Notes: generated by a model from the letters alone, not told the origin. A stretch of DNA of 62,738 nucleotides, filler included, from Nanobdellota archaeon (GCA_051819665.1; 8 parts of 8 records of this genome joined end to end with filler, not necessarily neighbours in it); one strand, 5' to 3'; counted from the whole stretch's first letter, positions 39,334-48,422 are shown. Made by a program: numbers and translations.

Positions 39334-40023
39334 TCACTTCTTCTTTTCCATCGATTTTATTGCTATAACAGCAATAATAACAAGAGCTATGACGATCCAG
39401 GGCAGTGCATCATTCCTATCTTCATCATTCTCTTGATCCTCAACACTGAGATTGCCTTCAGAGACATTATCCTCTACTGTCTTATTCCTCTCACCATCAT
39501 CCTCATGATCCTTCTCCTCTTCAACTTCACCAGAAAGAACGACTGTCTCAGTCTCGCCGATGAAATCCTCATCAGCCTCATACTTTACCTTCTCTGTCCC
39601 TTCAACAGAAGCGAAGCTCCACATCACGAGAGGATCTTCCTCAATCACCTCAAAATCAGAAGAAGAATTGAGCTCAGAAGCATTATCTAGAAGCTCTTTA
39701 GGTATTGACTCAAAGAGCTCAACATTAACCGCATAACCGGTTATCTCAAAATTCATAAAACCGTTCTCATAATACTTTTCAACAATGAGCTCATTCTCAG
39801 AACGCTCCTCTACATTTTCATACATCCCTTTCAGCTTCTCTATCAATGAAGGGCTCTGGCTGAAACCTGCATCTATAGAAAGATTATCCCTGTCATTAAT
39901 ATTAGCTGATGAAACATTATCAGAACCATTCAGGCCTTTCGTGTACTCAAAATCTCCCTCTCCTTCAGTCACCTGTCCGGCTGCAAGACTCACCAGCAGC
40001 AAAAACATCAGGATGTATCTCAT
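39334..40023 (-). CDS. Acidic exported protein with C-terminal membrane anchor
   Basis: Signal peptide, N-glycosylation sequons, C-terminal TM followed by KKK. Confidence 0.75.
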   Translation of the reverse strand: MRYILMFLLLVSLAAGQVTEGEGDFEYTKGLNGSDNVSSANINDRDNLSIDAGFSQSPSLIEKLKGMYENVEERSENELIVEKYYENGFMNFEITGYAVNVELFESIPKELLDNASELNSSSDFEVIEEDPLVMWSFASVEGTEKVKYEADEDFIGETETVVLSGEVEEEKDHEDDGERNKTVEDNVSEGNLSVEDQENDEDRNDALPWIVIALVIIAVIAIKSMEKKK

Positions 40024-41195
40024 CTTGTCCTCCGTATCTCATAAAAGCTTTCTCTAAGGAAGGCTATCCAGCCGAAAAGATAACTCAACAACAGGATAAC
40101 CATGAAAAGCCCCATGAAGACAGATATATAAATATTACCCAGAGAGAAGAGCGTCTTGACAGAACCAGCATAAGTATTAGCTATGCTAAGAACATACTTG
40201 TAGATATAATAAGTGAAGAAACCGAGTACTATAGCGAAAGATAATTTCGTAAGAAGCCTCTTGAAACGAGGCAGGAGAACATCAACGAGGAAGAACACAA
40301 ATATCCCCAAAGCCAAGGCTCCGAAGTAGGAGTTCAAGGCTATTGTACTATACCCGATGGCAACACCGGTCATTTTTCCGGAGATTATAGAGGAGAAATC
40401 GATGAAGGGAGCAAGAAGGAAAACCACGACAGAACCGAGGAAAAGGGATATTTCCCATCTATAAAGCCTCATGCCCTCTCTCTTATAGACCTTCCACCAT
40501 ATATAGGCAGGACCGAACATCAGGAAGAACAGGGCAACATAGACAAGCACAAAGACGAGGAATACAACAACCTTCTCCAGAACACCAAGCCCTGAAACAA
40601 CAGAAGAGAAAACACTCGAGATATTATCTATCCCTATATATACATTCTCATGGAGGCCGAGAGAGGGGAAGACAAACAATGCAAGATCCGTAAGGAGATG
40701 AAGCACAAGCATACCCGAAAATCCGAGCATGAACCTTCTCCTTGAATGAAAAAGCTCAATGAATTTAGCGTAGAAACCTTCAACATTCTCACCCAGCTTA
40801 TGGATAAAGGAATCAACATTGAAGTTCCTCTTCTTGAAGAAGACATAAACGAAATAAAGGAACGCCAGCACGATCACCGAAGCATCGACTATTATGGCGA
40901 GCCACTCCATCATCAGATTGAAAGCCAGTATGAAGAAAGCCAACAGGACAAAAAAGATAGTGAAGAACCTCTCGATTTTCTTTCTCGCACCGACAGCTCT
41001 ACCCTCCTCATGAAGGACATGTATCACGCTGGGCCTTTTAACATGGAGATGGCCTGTAAGATAGAGGGAAATGAAAAGCAGAGCCAACGTACCGAATATG
41101 AAACCACCTACCTGTATCAACTGAGCATTCTCAAGGATGAAACTATAGACTGGCGCAAAGAAGCCACCGCTAAGTTCCTCAGCTACAAAGACAAG
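40020..41195 (-). CDS. Polytopic membrane protein, 5'-truncated
   Basis: About 10 TM segments; frame remains open to the contig end. Confidence 0.75.
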   Translation of the reverse strand, partial: LVFVAEELSGGFFAPVYSFILENAQLIQVGGFIFGTLALLFISLYLTGHLHVKRPSVIHVLHEEGRAVGARKKIERFFTIFFVLLAFFILAFNLMMEWLAIIVDASVIVLAFLYFVYVFFKKRNFNVDSFIHKLGENVEGFYAKFIELFHSRRRFMLGFSGMLVLHLLTDLALFVFPSLGLHENVYIGIDNISSVFSSVVSGLGVLEKVVVFLVFVLVYVALFFLMFGPAYIWWKVYKREGMRLYRWEISLFLGSVVVFLLAPFIDFSSIISGKMTGVAIGYSTIALNSYFGALALGIFVFFLVDVLLPRFKRLLTKLSFAIVLGFFTYYIYKYVLSIANTYAGSVKTLFSLGNIYISVFMGLFMVILLLSYLFGWIAFLRESFYEIRRTR

Positions 41196-41295
41196 NNNNN
41201 NNNNNNNNNNNNNNNNNNNNNNNNNNNNNNNNNNNNNNNTTAATTAATTAANNNNNNNNNNNNNNNNNNNNNNNNNNNNNNNNNNNNNNNNNNNN
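41196..41295. other. Artificial contig spacer
   Basis: N/TTAATTAATTAA/N. Confidence 0.99.
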
Positions 41296-42488
41296 AGCCA
41301 TTTCCATATCGGCTTGATTATTGCCTTCCTGCCTTCCGAAGAGATCTCATCCTCCTGTGAATGTGTAAGGATAAGACCTTTATCAAGCCCGTGAGAATCC
41401 ATCGCCTCATAAAGGCCCGAAAGTTCCCTGTCCTTGTTATCAGAATCCAGCTTATGGCAGACCTGAACTGCTTCAACGACCTTATCCTTTTCCCTCACCA
41501 AAAAATCACATTCATGGTTGTTCTTATGATAATAGATCTCTTTATCCCTCCTTTTCAGCTCGATGAAGACAGTATTCTCAAGAAGCCTCCCCATGTTCTC
41601 TGAAAAAGAGAAGGAATTTTCCCTTATTATCGCATTATCTATACAGTATATCTTCTTCGGGTTGATCATCTGCTTCTTCAGGGAATGATCATATTTTTTC
41701 AGTGTGAAAAGAAGATACGCCTGCTCAAAAGCCTCTATAAATTGTATAACAGTGTTTGTCGAACCTACACCTATGATCTTCCTTAGCTTATTATAAGAGA
41801 TCTCTTTCCCTATATTCGAGAGGAGATAATGCATCAGAGTCTTTACAGCACTCTCACCCCTTATATCATTCCTCAGAAGCACATCCCTGTAGAATACATC
41901 ATAGAAAAGATTCCTCAGTATATCAACATCCCCCTGCTTCAGGTACTCAGGAAAGCCGCCCTGCTTAAGGTATTCATCAAAAGCTTTTGGCCCTGCTTTC
42001 TTACGCCTGAGTCTCAGGGACTCATTGAATGAGAAAGGATAAAGCTCATGTGTGATCTGCCTTCCGGTAAGCCTTGAACCAAGCTCCCTGCTGAGCATAT
42101 TAGCATTCGATCCTGTCACTATTACCTTCTCTCCGTTATCCACGAGCTGACGGACATATCTTTCCCAGCCCTCTACATTCTGGATCTCATCAAAAATATA
42201 TATCCCTTTAGGACCTAATCTTCTCCTGAACATATCCTCTGCCTTATTGAAGTCCTTAAGCTCAAAATCTGAAAGGCTTATGTCCTCAAACTGCAGATAA
42301 TATACAGGCCTCCTCCCCTTAATAAACTGTCTTGCAAGGGTGGATTTCCCGCATCTCCGAATACCGGATATTATGGATGCGAATCCAGGAAGGATCTTAA
42401 GGCCGGTATCACGCCTCACTCCTGTATCCTTTTTCAGATCTTCCTGTTGCTTCAGGATCACCCTCTCCAGTTCTTCATTGAGCATCAT
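41296..42488 (-). CDS. AAA+ ATPase with DUF4143/PD-(D/E)XK C-terminus, last codons missing
   Basis: GIRRCGKST, IFDEIQ, VTGSN, LTGR, GGFPE, KKIYCID, ENTVF, ECDF. Confidence 0.92.
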
Positions 42489-42617
42489 TGTAATAAGTGT
42501 GCACTACGAATATATAAAAGTTTGCATTAGCAATGCACAGATTTTTGAAATGACCAAAGAGCATGATAACGATCCTGAACAGAGATTTTATCCAGAGTTA
42601 CCCATAACATTTATATA
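42437..42617 (+). repeat. About 181-bp direct repeat, copy 1 (ATPase 5' end plus divergent promoters)
   Basis: Near-identical to 43987..44168. Confidence 0.92.
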
Positions 42618-42641
42618 CATGTACATATACACATACATACT

Positions 42642-42872
42642 ATGGCAACAAAGACCATATCTTTAATGGAGGATGCATACGAAGTCCTTAAGAGGGCCAA
42701 GCTTCCGGATGAATCTTTCTCGGATGTGATAAGGAGAGAGATCAAGAAATCCCCAGAGGATTTTTTCGGAGTATGGAAAGATCTTGATACTGAATCAATG
42801 AAAAAAGGGATAAAGGAATCCAGAAAGAAAAGCAGGAAAAGGATGAAGGAGGTATTAAAATCATTTGCCTAG
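42642..42872 (+). CDS. Archaeal VapB-type antitoxin (DUF217-like)
   Basis: MATKTISLMEDAYEVLKRAK..ESFSDVIRR, DFFGVW. Confidence 0.88.
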   Translation: MATKTISLMEDAYEVLKRAKLPDESFSDVIRREIKKSPEDFFGVWKDLDTESMKKGIKESRKKSRKRMKEVLKSFA

Positions 42873-43252
42873 ATTCTTCCTTCATAATTGATTTCCTGAA
42901 AGGAAGAAAAGAAGCGAAGAACTGCCTGGATAAATTCAAGGGTGAAAAGATATTCACTACAGAGATAGCCTTGTTTGAAGTCGGCACCGGCTACTATTTT
43001 GGGGAGAAGGAACGTAAAGGATTTGATCAGTTCATGGATTTTATGGAAAACGTAGATATCATCCCCTCAATGTCACACTTCGCGTTAGAAGCAGCGGAAG
43101 TCCAGGCAGAGCTTTTGAAGAAAGGCAAACCTATAGAGATAGCAGATTGTTTGACGGCCGGCATGATGATAAGACAGGGCATCAGGAAGATACTTACGAA
43201 GAATACCGAGCATTTCTCACGGATAAAGGGCATAGAGGCAATAGGTTATTGA
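42860..43252 (+). pseudogene. vapC: VapC PIN toxin lacking an ATG (ATC at the expected start)
   Basis: In-frame (I)ICLDSSFIIDFL...E...ADCLTAG...LTKNTEHF; GGAGGT SD precedes ATC at 42860; no in-frame ATG upstream. Confidence 0.7.
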
Positions 43253-43277
43253 AGCTTTCAGAAGCCATGCCGGATGA

Positions 43278-43305
43278 TCCTTTACTGAAAGTTTCCTGTA
43301 AGCGG
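43278..43305 (+). repeat. 28-bp 11-6-11 imperfect inverted-repeat site (A)
   Basis: TCCTTTACTGA-AAGTTT-CCTGTAAGCGG between convergent TA modules. Confidence 0.45.
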
Positions 43306-43306
43306 G

Positions 43307-43639
43307 TTAATATCCAAGCTTCCTTAACATCTCCTTCAGCTTGTCTATAACTTTTTGCTGATTATTCTTCTTGCTCATCTCTATGAACCTTATAATCTCA
43401 TCTTTTAGTCTTTCCGGATCCTTCACCATAAGCAGTTTCCTCGAATGGATGAAATAGAACCTGAAGGTCTTGTATCTCTTTTCCTTTAGAACAATAGTTC
43501 CGAATGTATAAATATGGTCTCCCTGAAAAGGATTCTCCTGTAAAGAATAAAACAATTTCTTTATCTCTTTCAAATCTTTCGATTTGAACTTCTTCTCAAG
43601 CTTCTTCACCAGCTCTTTATCTATCCTTACGATTACCAT
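43307..43639 (-). CDS. RelE/ParE-like toxin
   Basis: Basic; LQENPFQGDHI...LKEKRYKTFRFYFI; downstream of a small antitoxin. Confidence 0.7.
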   Translation of the reverse strand: MVIVRIDKELVKKLEKKFKSKDLKEIKKLFYSLQENPFQGDHIYTFGTIVLKEKRYKTFRFYFIHSRKLLMVKDPERLKDEIIRFIEMSKKNNQQKVIDKLKEMLRKLGY

Positions 43640-43812
43640 TCAAGATCCTTAAGCCCTACAGTATTCTTGGTGTCCAGAAACATCTCCGCGTACTGTGCTT
43701 CATTAGCGGAATCGTACATCCTCTCGATTATCTCACTGTAAGTCTCGTTCTTATGGCCGAATTCGGAGACCTTCTTATGGACCTTATCATCAACAGCTAT
43801 GGTTTTCATCAT
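43633..43812 (-). CDS. Small RHH-like antitoxin
   Basis: MMKTIAVDDKVHKKV...ETYSEIIERM; AGGTGA SD before ATG 43812. Confidence 0.75.
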   Translation of the reverse strand: MMKTIAVDDKVHKKVSEFGHKNETYSEIIERMYDSANEAQYAEMFLDTKNTVGLKDLEW

Positions 43813-43986
43813 GATCACCTTATATTTAATATAATAAATATAAATCATATATAAATTTTTCCAATAAATACTATTCAGATATAGGTAGTATTGAGACAAT
43901 AAATTATTGAGACTGCTCCCAAAGGACCCAAAAGTATTTCCTGAAAGATTCACTGATTGCACGGCTTTCAATCATAATTGCCATAG

Positions 43987-44168
43987 GATCTTCCTGTTGC
44001 TTCAAAATCACCCTCTCCAGTTCTTCATTGAGCATCATTGTAATAAGTGTGCACTGCGAATATGTAAAAGTTTGCATTAGCAATGAACAGATTTTTGAAA
44101 AAGAACAAAGAGCATGATAACAATCCTGAACAGAAATTTTATCCAGAGTTACCCATAATATTTATATA
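43987..44168 (+). repeat. About 182-bp direct repeat, copy 2 (decayed ATPase 5' end and promoter)
   Basis: Copy of 42437..42617 with substitutions in the TATA box and operator palindrome. Confidence 0.92.
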
Positions 44169-44190
44169 TGTATATCACTGTCCAGTTGTC

Positions 44191-44940
44191 ATGGGCGGGG
44201 AAATCAGGCAACTGAACCCATTCCTACCCGAATACAAGGGGATGGGAAAGAAGGGTTACCTTAGCAGAGGGTCTATAGGCGATCTTATTTCCTATTTCAA
44301 CACCGATGAAAAAACTTACAAGAAGGCCCTGCAAAATCCAGACAGAGAAGGTAAGAAAAAGGATCATTCCAGGATCTACAGATCTATCGATGACACCTTC
44401 GGCCTTGATTCCCGGAATAAGAAAGATGAAAAACCTTACATGAAAGTCGTGCGGCCGGGTTACAAGAAAGAGAAATATTCCGATAAGAAATACAGTAATA
44501 AGAAAAGCACCCCGAAGAGGTTCGCGGAGAAGACCAAAATGCCTTCATCATTATATTCTCTCCTGAACTCACAGGATCCATACACGGAAAGGCTCAGGAA
44601 ATTCAAGGAGAACATGTCAGGTCCTGTCAAAAAGACACTGGGAGAGAACAATAAGATAATCAATATGTTCGGGCCGGCCGCTCATGCGCTCGCCCACACG
44701 TACAGCAGGAAAGACGGGAATAAGAGCTATCTCCTGAACAGGAAGGATAAGGAGAAAAAAGGATACCAGAAAGAGAATACTAACCTGAAAAAGCTAAGGG
44801 TCGGTAATGCAGCGAAACTTTATCTGCCAGAGTCTAAGATAAAAACCCTGAAAAATGATCCGCTGAAATACAAGCCGATGTACAATCAACTGAAGAATGT
44901 AGGGAATAACATCGGCTACGCTTCGAAGAAAGCAGCCTGA
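44191..44940 (+). CDS. Hypothetical Lys-rich protein
   Basis: ATG 44191 lies about 25 nt after TTTATATA; the upstream extension in the ORF track is duplicated promoter DNA. Confidence 0.6.
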   Translation: MGGEIRQLNPFLPEYKGMGKKGYLSRGSIGDLISYFNTDEKTYKKALQNPDREGKKKDHSRIYRSIDDTFGLDSRNKKDEKPYMKVVRPGYKKEKYSDKKYSNKKSTPKRFAEKTKMPSSLYSLLNSQDPYTERLRKFKENMSGPVKKTLGENNKIINMFGPAAHALAHTYSRKDGNKSYLLNRKDKEKKGYQKENTNLKKLRVGNAAKLYLPESKIKTLKNDPLKYKPMYNQLKNVGNNIGYASKKAA

Positions 44941-44976
44941 CCGAATCTCTTCCTGCAGAGCAGTTCATTTCTAAAA

Positions 44977-45004
44977 ATCTTTACTGAGGATTCTCCGGAA
45001 ACGG
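44977..45004 (+). repeat. 28-bp 11-6-11 site (B)
   Basis: ATCTTTACTGA-GGATTC-TCCGGAAACGG. Confidence 0.55.
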
Positions 45005-45078
45005 CGATCATGTGAGGGAACCACTATAAAAATATTTATATATGAGATGTGCTTATTTGTGATTAAAGGTGATTCATT

Positions 45079-45330
45079 GTGATTCAGGCACGTTTTGAGA
45101 TAGATGAGTATACTGCCAGGGTATTGGATGTCATAAAGGGCAAATTCGGCCTCAAGAACAGGCAGGAAGCCCTGAAAAGGCTTGTCCTTGAGGCAGGGGA
45201 AAAGTATGTCGAGCCCGAGCCCAACGAGATGGTACTGAAAGAGTTAGATGCGATATACGAGGATCATAAGAAGAAACATAAGAACAGGAAGATGACCGAT
45301 AAGGAACTCAGGGGACTTCTGGATGTTTAG
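45079..45330 (+). CDS. DUF2683-like antitoxin
   Basis: ARVLDVIKGKFGLKNRQEAL...EPE; overlaps the toxin start. Confidence 0.8.
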   Translation: MIQARFEIDEYTARVLDVIKGKFGLKNRQEALKRLVLEAGEKYVEPEPNEMVLKELDAIYEDHKKKHKNRKMTDKELRGLLDV

Positions 45331-45592
45331 TTATGATATCTCTGACAGGCTAAGGAAAAAGCTGGAGAAGATAGGCAGGAAGGATAAGGTTCTGGCAAGG
45401 AATTTCTACAGGAAAATACAGGAAGTCATAAGCAGAGATGGAAAATCCATAAACATGTACAAGAACCTCAAATCACCAATGAATGAGTATAAGAGGATAC
45501 ATCTTACGGATAATTATGTTCTTCTTTTCGCTGTTGAGAAGGATCATATAGTCTTCATAGACATAAGACACCGTGATGATGTCTATGGTTGA
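45323..45592 (+). CDS. RelE/YafQ family toxin
   Basis: YKNLKSPMNEYKRIH...VLLF...HRDDVY. Confidence 0.85.
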   Translation: MFSYDISDRLRKKLEKIGRKDKVLARNFYRKIQEVISRDGKSINMYKNLKSPMNEYKRIHLTDNYVLLFAVEKDHIVFIDIRHRDDVYG

Positions 45593-45854
45593 GAACAGGA
45601 GAGCATGAATGTTTTAATCTCCATGTTATAAGATTATAACCTTAAAGTTATAGAACTCTTTTGGATCTTCCAGGGAAAACTTACTGAAATTAAACTCGAG
45701 TTACATTTTTGTCCCACTAAAATTGAACTCAAGTTTGAAAAAAGTAAAACATGAGAGAATGAGAATCGAATATGTTGATCAAGACACTGATTGAAGAGCT
45801 GTCGTCATGAATTCTATGTACACACAATTCATCTGGTAACAAGTAGGATTTATG

Positions 45855-45882
45855 TGCTTTACTGAGAATTTATCGGAAAGAT
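45855..45882 (+). repeat. 28-bp 11-6-11 site (C)
   Basis: TGCTTTACTGA-GAATTT-ATCGGAAAGAT. Confidence 0.55.
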
Positions 45883-45893
45883 TGTGGGATTTT

Positions 45894-46475
45894 TCAAACA
45901 AGCCTTATGCCATGCTTGATTATATCTTCCGTAAAAGAATCTTTCTTTTCAAACCGACTGACTGTAATCAAGAAAGATTGTATCTTATGTCTATCTGAAA
46001 ATTTATCTGAAATCTCATTAAGCAAGAGATCATCCTCAGCACTCTTATTTTCAACTATAACAGCGATGTCCATATCAGAGTCTTCTCTATAAGTCCCCTT
46101 AGAAACGCTGCCAAACAGATAAATATTTTTAGGATCAATCCTGTCTATAACTTCTCTAACATACTCTCTTAGGACAACAGAAAAGCTGTAAGGAAGAAAA
46201 TTCATATCCTTTCTCTCCTTTTTTAGTACATTAAGAATTTCTTTCATATAGGAATTACCATGATTCAATTTATAGACTGACTTCTTAGTCCCAATCGCCT
46301 GTTCATTAATGATACCAAATGAAAGAAGTCTTCTTAATGCAAGAGTCACCGATTTATTCCCAAGCATAGTATATTCTTTTATCTCTTTCCTTGTAAATCC
46401 TGCTCCTGGAGTCTCAGCATAAAGCATAAGGACTCTCCAGACAGACTTGTTTCCAAAACATATGTCAAGAAGCAT
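45894..46475 (-). CDS. wHTH + minimal nucleotidyltransferase (MNT) antitoxin
   Basis: N-terminal HTH; IYLFGSVSKG...SDMDIAVI. Confidence 0.88.
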   Translation of the reverse strand: MLLDICFGNKSVWRVLMLYAETPGAGFTRKEIKEYTMLGNKSVTLALRRLLSFGIINEQAIGTKKSVYKLNHGNSYMKEILNVLKKERKDMNFLPYSFSVVLREYVREVIDRIDPKNIYLFGSVSKGTYREDSDMDIAVIVENKSAEDDLLLNEISDKFSDRHKIQSFLITVSRFEKKDSFTEDIIKHGIRLV

Positions 46476-46972
46476 TATAGCAATCCCTCCATTATACTTA
46501 TATAAGGAACCACGAAATTGTCATAGAAATACTGTGCAGTTTGCATAATCTCTGATTCAGATTTATTACTTTTCTCTGAATCATAATACTGTGTTTTTGT
46601 CCTCTCATCTCTTCCCTTTGAAAGAAGTCTTGGAACAATATGCACATTTGAAGAATTAATGGCATCAAACTCTTCTTTGGCTTTCTGGATCAGAGGCAAT
46701 ACCCTCTCTGATTCTTGTTTGATATATTTTGAGAGAAAATGTATTGTCTTTGCATGTACACTTTCACCAGTCACCTTCAGATTATGAACCTTTGCAAGAT
46801 ATAACTTACTGATATTATGCATTGCATAGTAACCGATTATTATGGACCACCTTGGTGAATCTGTCATTATCTTATCAGACATTTCTCTATCTTCTTTATA
46901 GGCAGAACTATGAAAATCAATCCACCTTTTTGACTCTTCTCTTGTCAATCCGATCTCTTCATAATTTTGCAT
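46475..46972 (-). CDS. HEPN-domain protein
   Basis: WSIIIGYYAMHN, HAKT, RTKTQYY (RxxxxY-type motif); start set at ATG 46972. Confidence 0.75.
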   Translation of the reverse strand: MQNYEEIGLTREESKRWIDFHSSAYKEDREMSDKIMTDSPRWSIIIGYYAMHNISKLYLAKVHNLKVTGESVHAKTIHFLSKYIKQESERVLPLIQKAKEEFDAINSSNVHIVPRLLSKGRDERTKTQYYDSEKSNKSESEIMQTAQYFYDNFVVPYISIMEGLL

Positions 46973-46975
46973 TTT

Positions 46976-47028
46976 TACACTTAAGTGTATGAAAACACCC
47001 ATTATTTATATATTTTTCCACTTAAGTG
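46976..47028. promoter_or_regulatory. Paired operator palindromes flanking the HEPN-MNT TATA box
   Basis: TACACTTAAGTGTA (46976-46989) and CACTTAAGTG (47019-47028) on either side of a minus-strand TATATAAA. Confidence 0.7.
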
Positions 47029-47071
47029 TATATTTATTCATCTGTCAGATAGAAAGATCTTAAGATTTGTG

Positions 47072-47099
47072 ATTTTCCCGGAAGAATTTCAGGCATGAT
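47072..47099 (-). repeat. 28-bp 11-6-11 site (D)
   Basis: Reverse complement ATCATGCCTGA-AATTCT-TCCGGGAAAAT; CCGGAAGAATTTCAGGCATGATAAAA is shared exactly with site E. Confidence 0.7.
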
Positions 47100-47207
47100 A
47101 AAATCCTATTGGGATCAGGGTCAAAGATCATGGAGATGAGCCTTATTAATAATATATACAATAGTATATAAATCTTTAAATAAACTGTAATCCTCTTAAT
47201 AGTTACA

Positions 47208-47885
47208 ATGTCAGATTACTATCAACAAACAGGACTCAGGAGGATCTTCGGGAAAAAGGAGATAGATACTATCATGAAGAGACTCAGGGGACAGCCCCTT
47301 AAACAGACAGAGAGGAATTATATGTATCGTTCTATAAGGCCCAAGCTCCTCTCTGTCGAGTTTTTATACAGGAAAGGGATAGCAGGAAAACTTGAGAAGA
47401 ATATGAAAAGATCCGAAAATACAATCCTCTATAACCTTCACCACTACGGCTCCCCTATGCTAACCATGAAAAAGATAAAGGAGAAGGAGATAATGCCCAT
47501 TGAAGAACTGATCAGGGAGATACTGCTACACCATCCTAAAGCACGTTATATTGAAGCTATTCCCGGACTGATGACGAGGAACGAGGTTAATACATACAAG
47601 CTCCTCGAGATAGCCATAAATTACAACCTGCAGAATAAAATCGGATATCTTGCTGAGACAGCAGAGATGATAAGCAGAAAGGATAAGTATAATGGCCTCC
47701 TTGGATACCTCAGAAAAAACAAGTCTTCCAGGGAAGAGTTCCTGGCCGGGGAGAAGGACAAGGATTACAAAGATTTCCTGAAGAAGACAAGCCCCCAGAG
47801 GATGAGGAAGTGGAGACTGTACGGCAGGTTCTTCGACGAGGATTTCAAAGATGGTAACAAAGAACGATCTGCTCAGATGGCTTGA
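47208..47885 (+). CDS. Putative regulator/antitoxin partner of the downstream nucleotidyltransferase
   Basis: Overlaps the next gene; ARYIEAIP and LQNKIGYL helical pattern; palindrome TATATAC-aata-GTATATA upstream. Confidence 0.6.
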   Translation: MSDYYQQTGLRRIFGKKEIDTIMKRLRGQPLKQTERNYMYRSIRPKLLSVEFLYRKGIAGKLEKNMKRSENTILYNLHHYGSPMLTMKKIKEKEIMPIEELIREILLHHPKARYIEAIPGLMTRNEVNTYKLLEIAINYNLQNKIGYLAETAEMISRKDKYNGLLGYLRKNKSSREEFLAGEKDKDYKDFLKKTSPQRMRKWRLYGRFFDEDFKDGNKERSAQMA

Positions 47886-48363
47886 GAGCATCGATAGAGG
47901 ACTGGAAAAGGAGATAACACTTATCGCTGTCGGAGGTACAGCCCTGACAATACTTGATATTAAGGATTCTACAGTGGATGTAGATTTCTGCATAAGGAAA
48001 GGAGATTACCAGAGCTTCAAGGATTTTGCAGAGAACAGTCAATTCGATGTGGACATCTTCATTGATGGCTATATCTTCTCAGAACAGCTTCCCGATGACT
48101 ATATAGACAGAGCCAGTCATGTAAGCTCCGGTCTTAGAAAAATAAACCTCAAGTGCCTTTCCCTCACAGATATAATAATAACCAAAGCAGCACGTTATAA
48201 TGAGAGGGATGAAGAAGACATATCAACTATAGCAAAGACAAATAAAATCGATAGGGAAGAACTGGAAGAGAGGTTCGGAGAGGTCCTGGAGACATATGCA
48301 GGCCGGGAAGAAGATTACAGGAACAACATGAATTTCATCCTGGAAAGGCATTTTGGTGATTAA
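47851..48363 (+). CDS. DUF6036/AbiEii-like nucleotidyltransferase
   Basis: AVGGTAL...STVDVDF, ITKAARYNERDEEDI. Confidence 0.8.
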   Translation: MVTKNDLLRWLESIDRGLEKEITLIAVGGTALTILDIKDSTVDVDFCIRKGDYQSFKDFAENSQFDVDIFIDGYIFSEQLPDDYIDRASHVSSGLRKINLKCLSLTDIIITKAARYNERDEEDISTIAKTNKIDREELEERFGEVLETYAGREEDYRNNMNFILERHFGD

Positions 48364-48370
48364 GGGATTA

Positions 48371-48398
48371 TACTCTCCGGAAGAATTTCAGGCATGAT
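48371..48398 (-). repeat. 28-bp 11-6-11 site (E)
   Basis: Reverse complement ATCATGCCTGA-AATTCT-TCCGGAGAGTA. Confidence 0.7.
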
Positions 48399-48422
48399 AA
48401 AAAAAGTAAGAAAAAAATATCC

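Noticed and set aside
43813..44190. Long N-termini given by the ORF track for 43633..43971 and 44083..44940
   Set aside because: They run through promoter DNA and the duplicated repeat; better starts are 43812 and 44191
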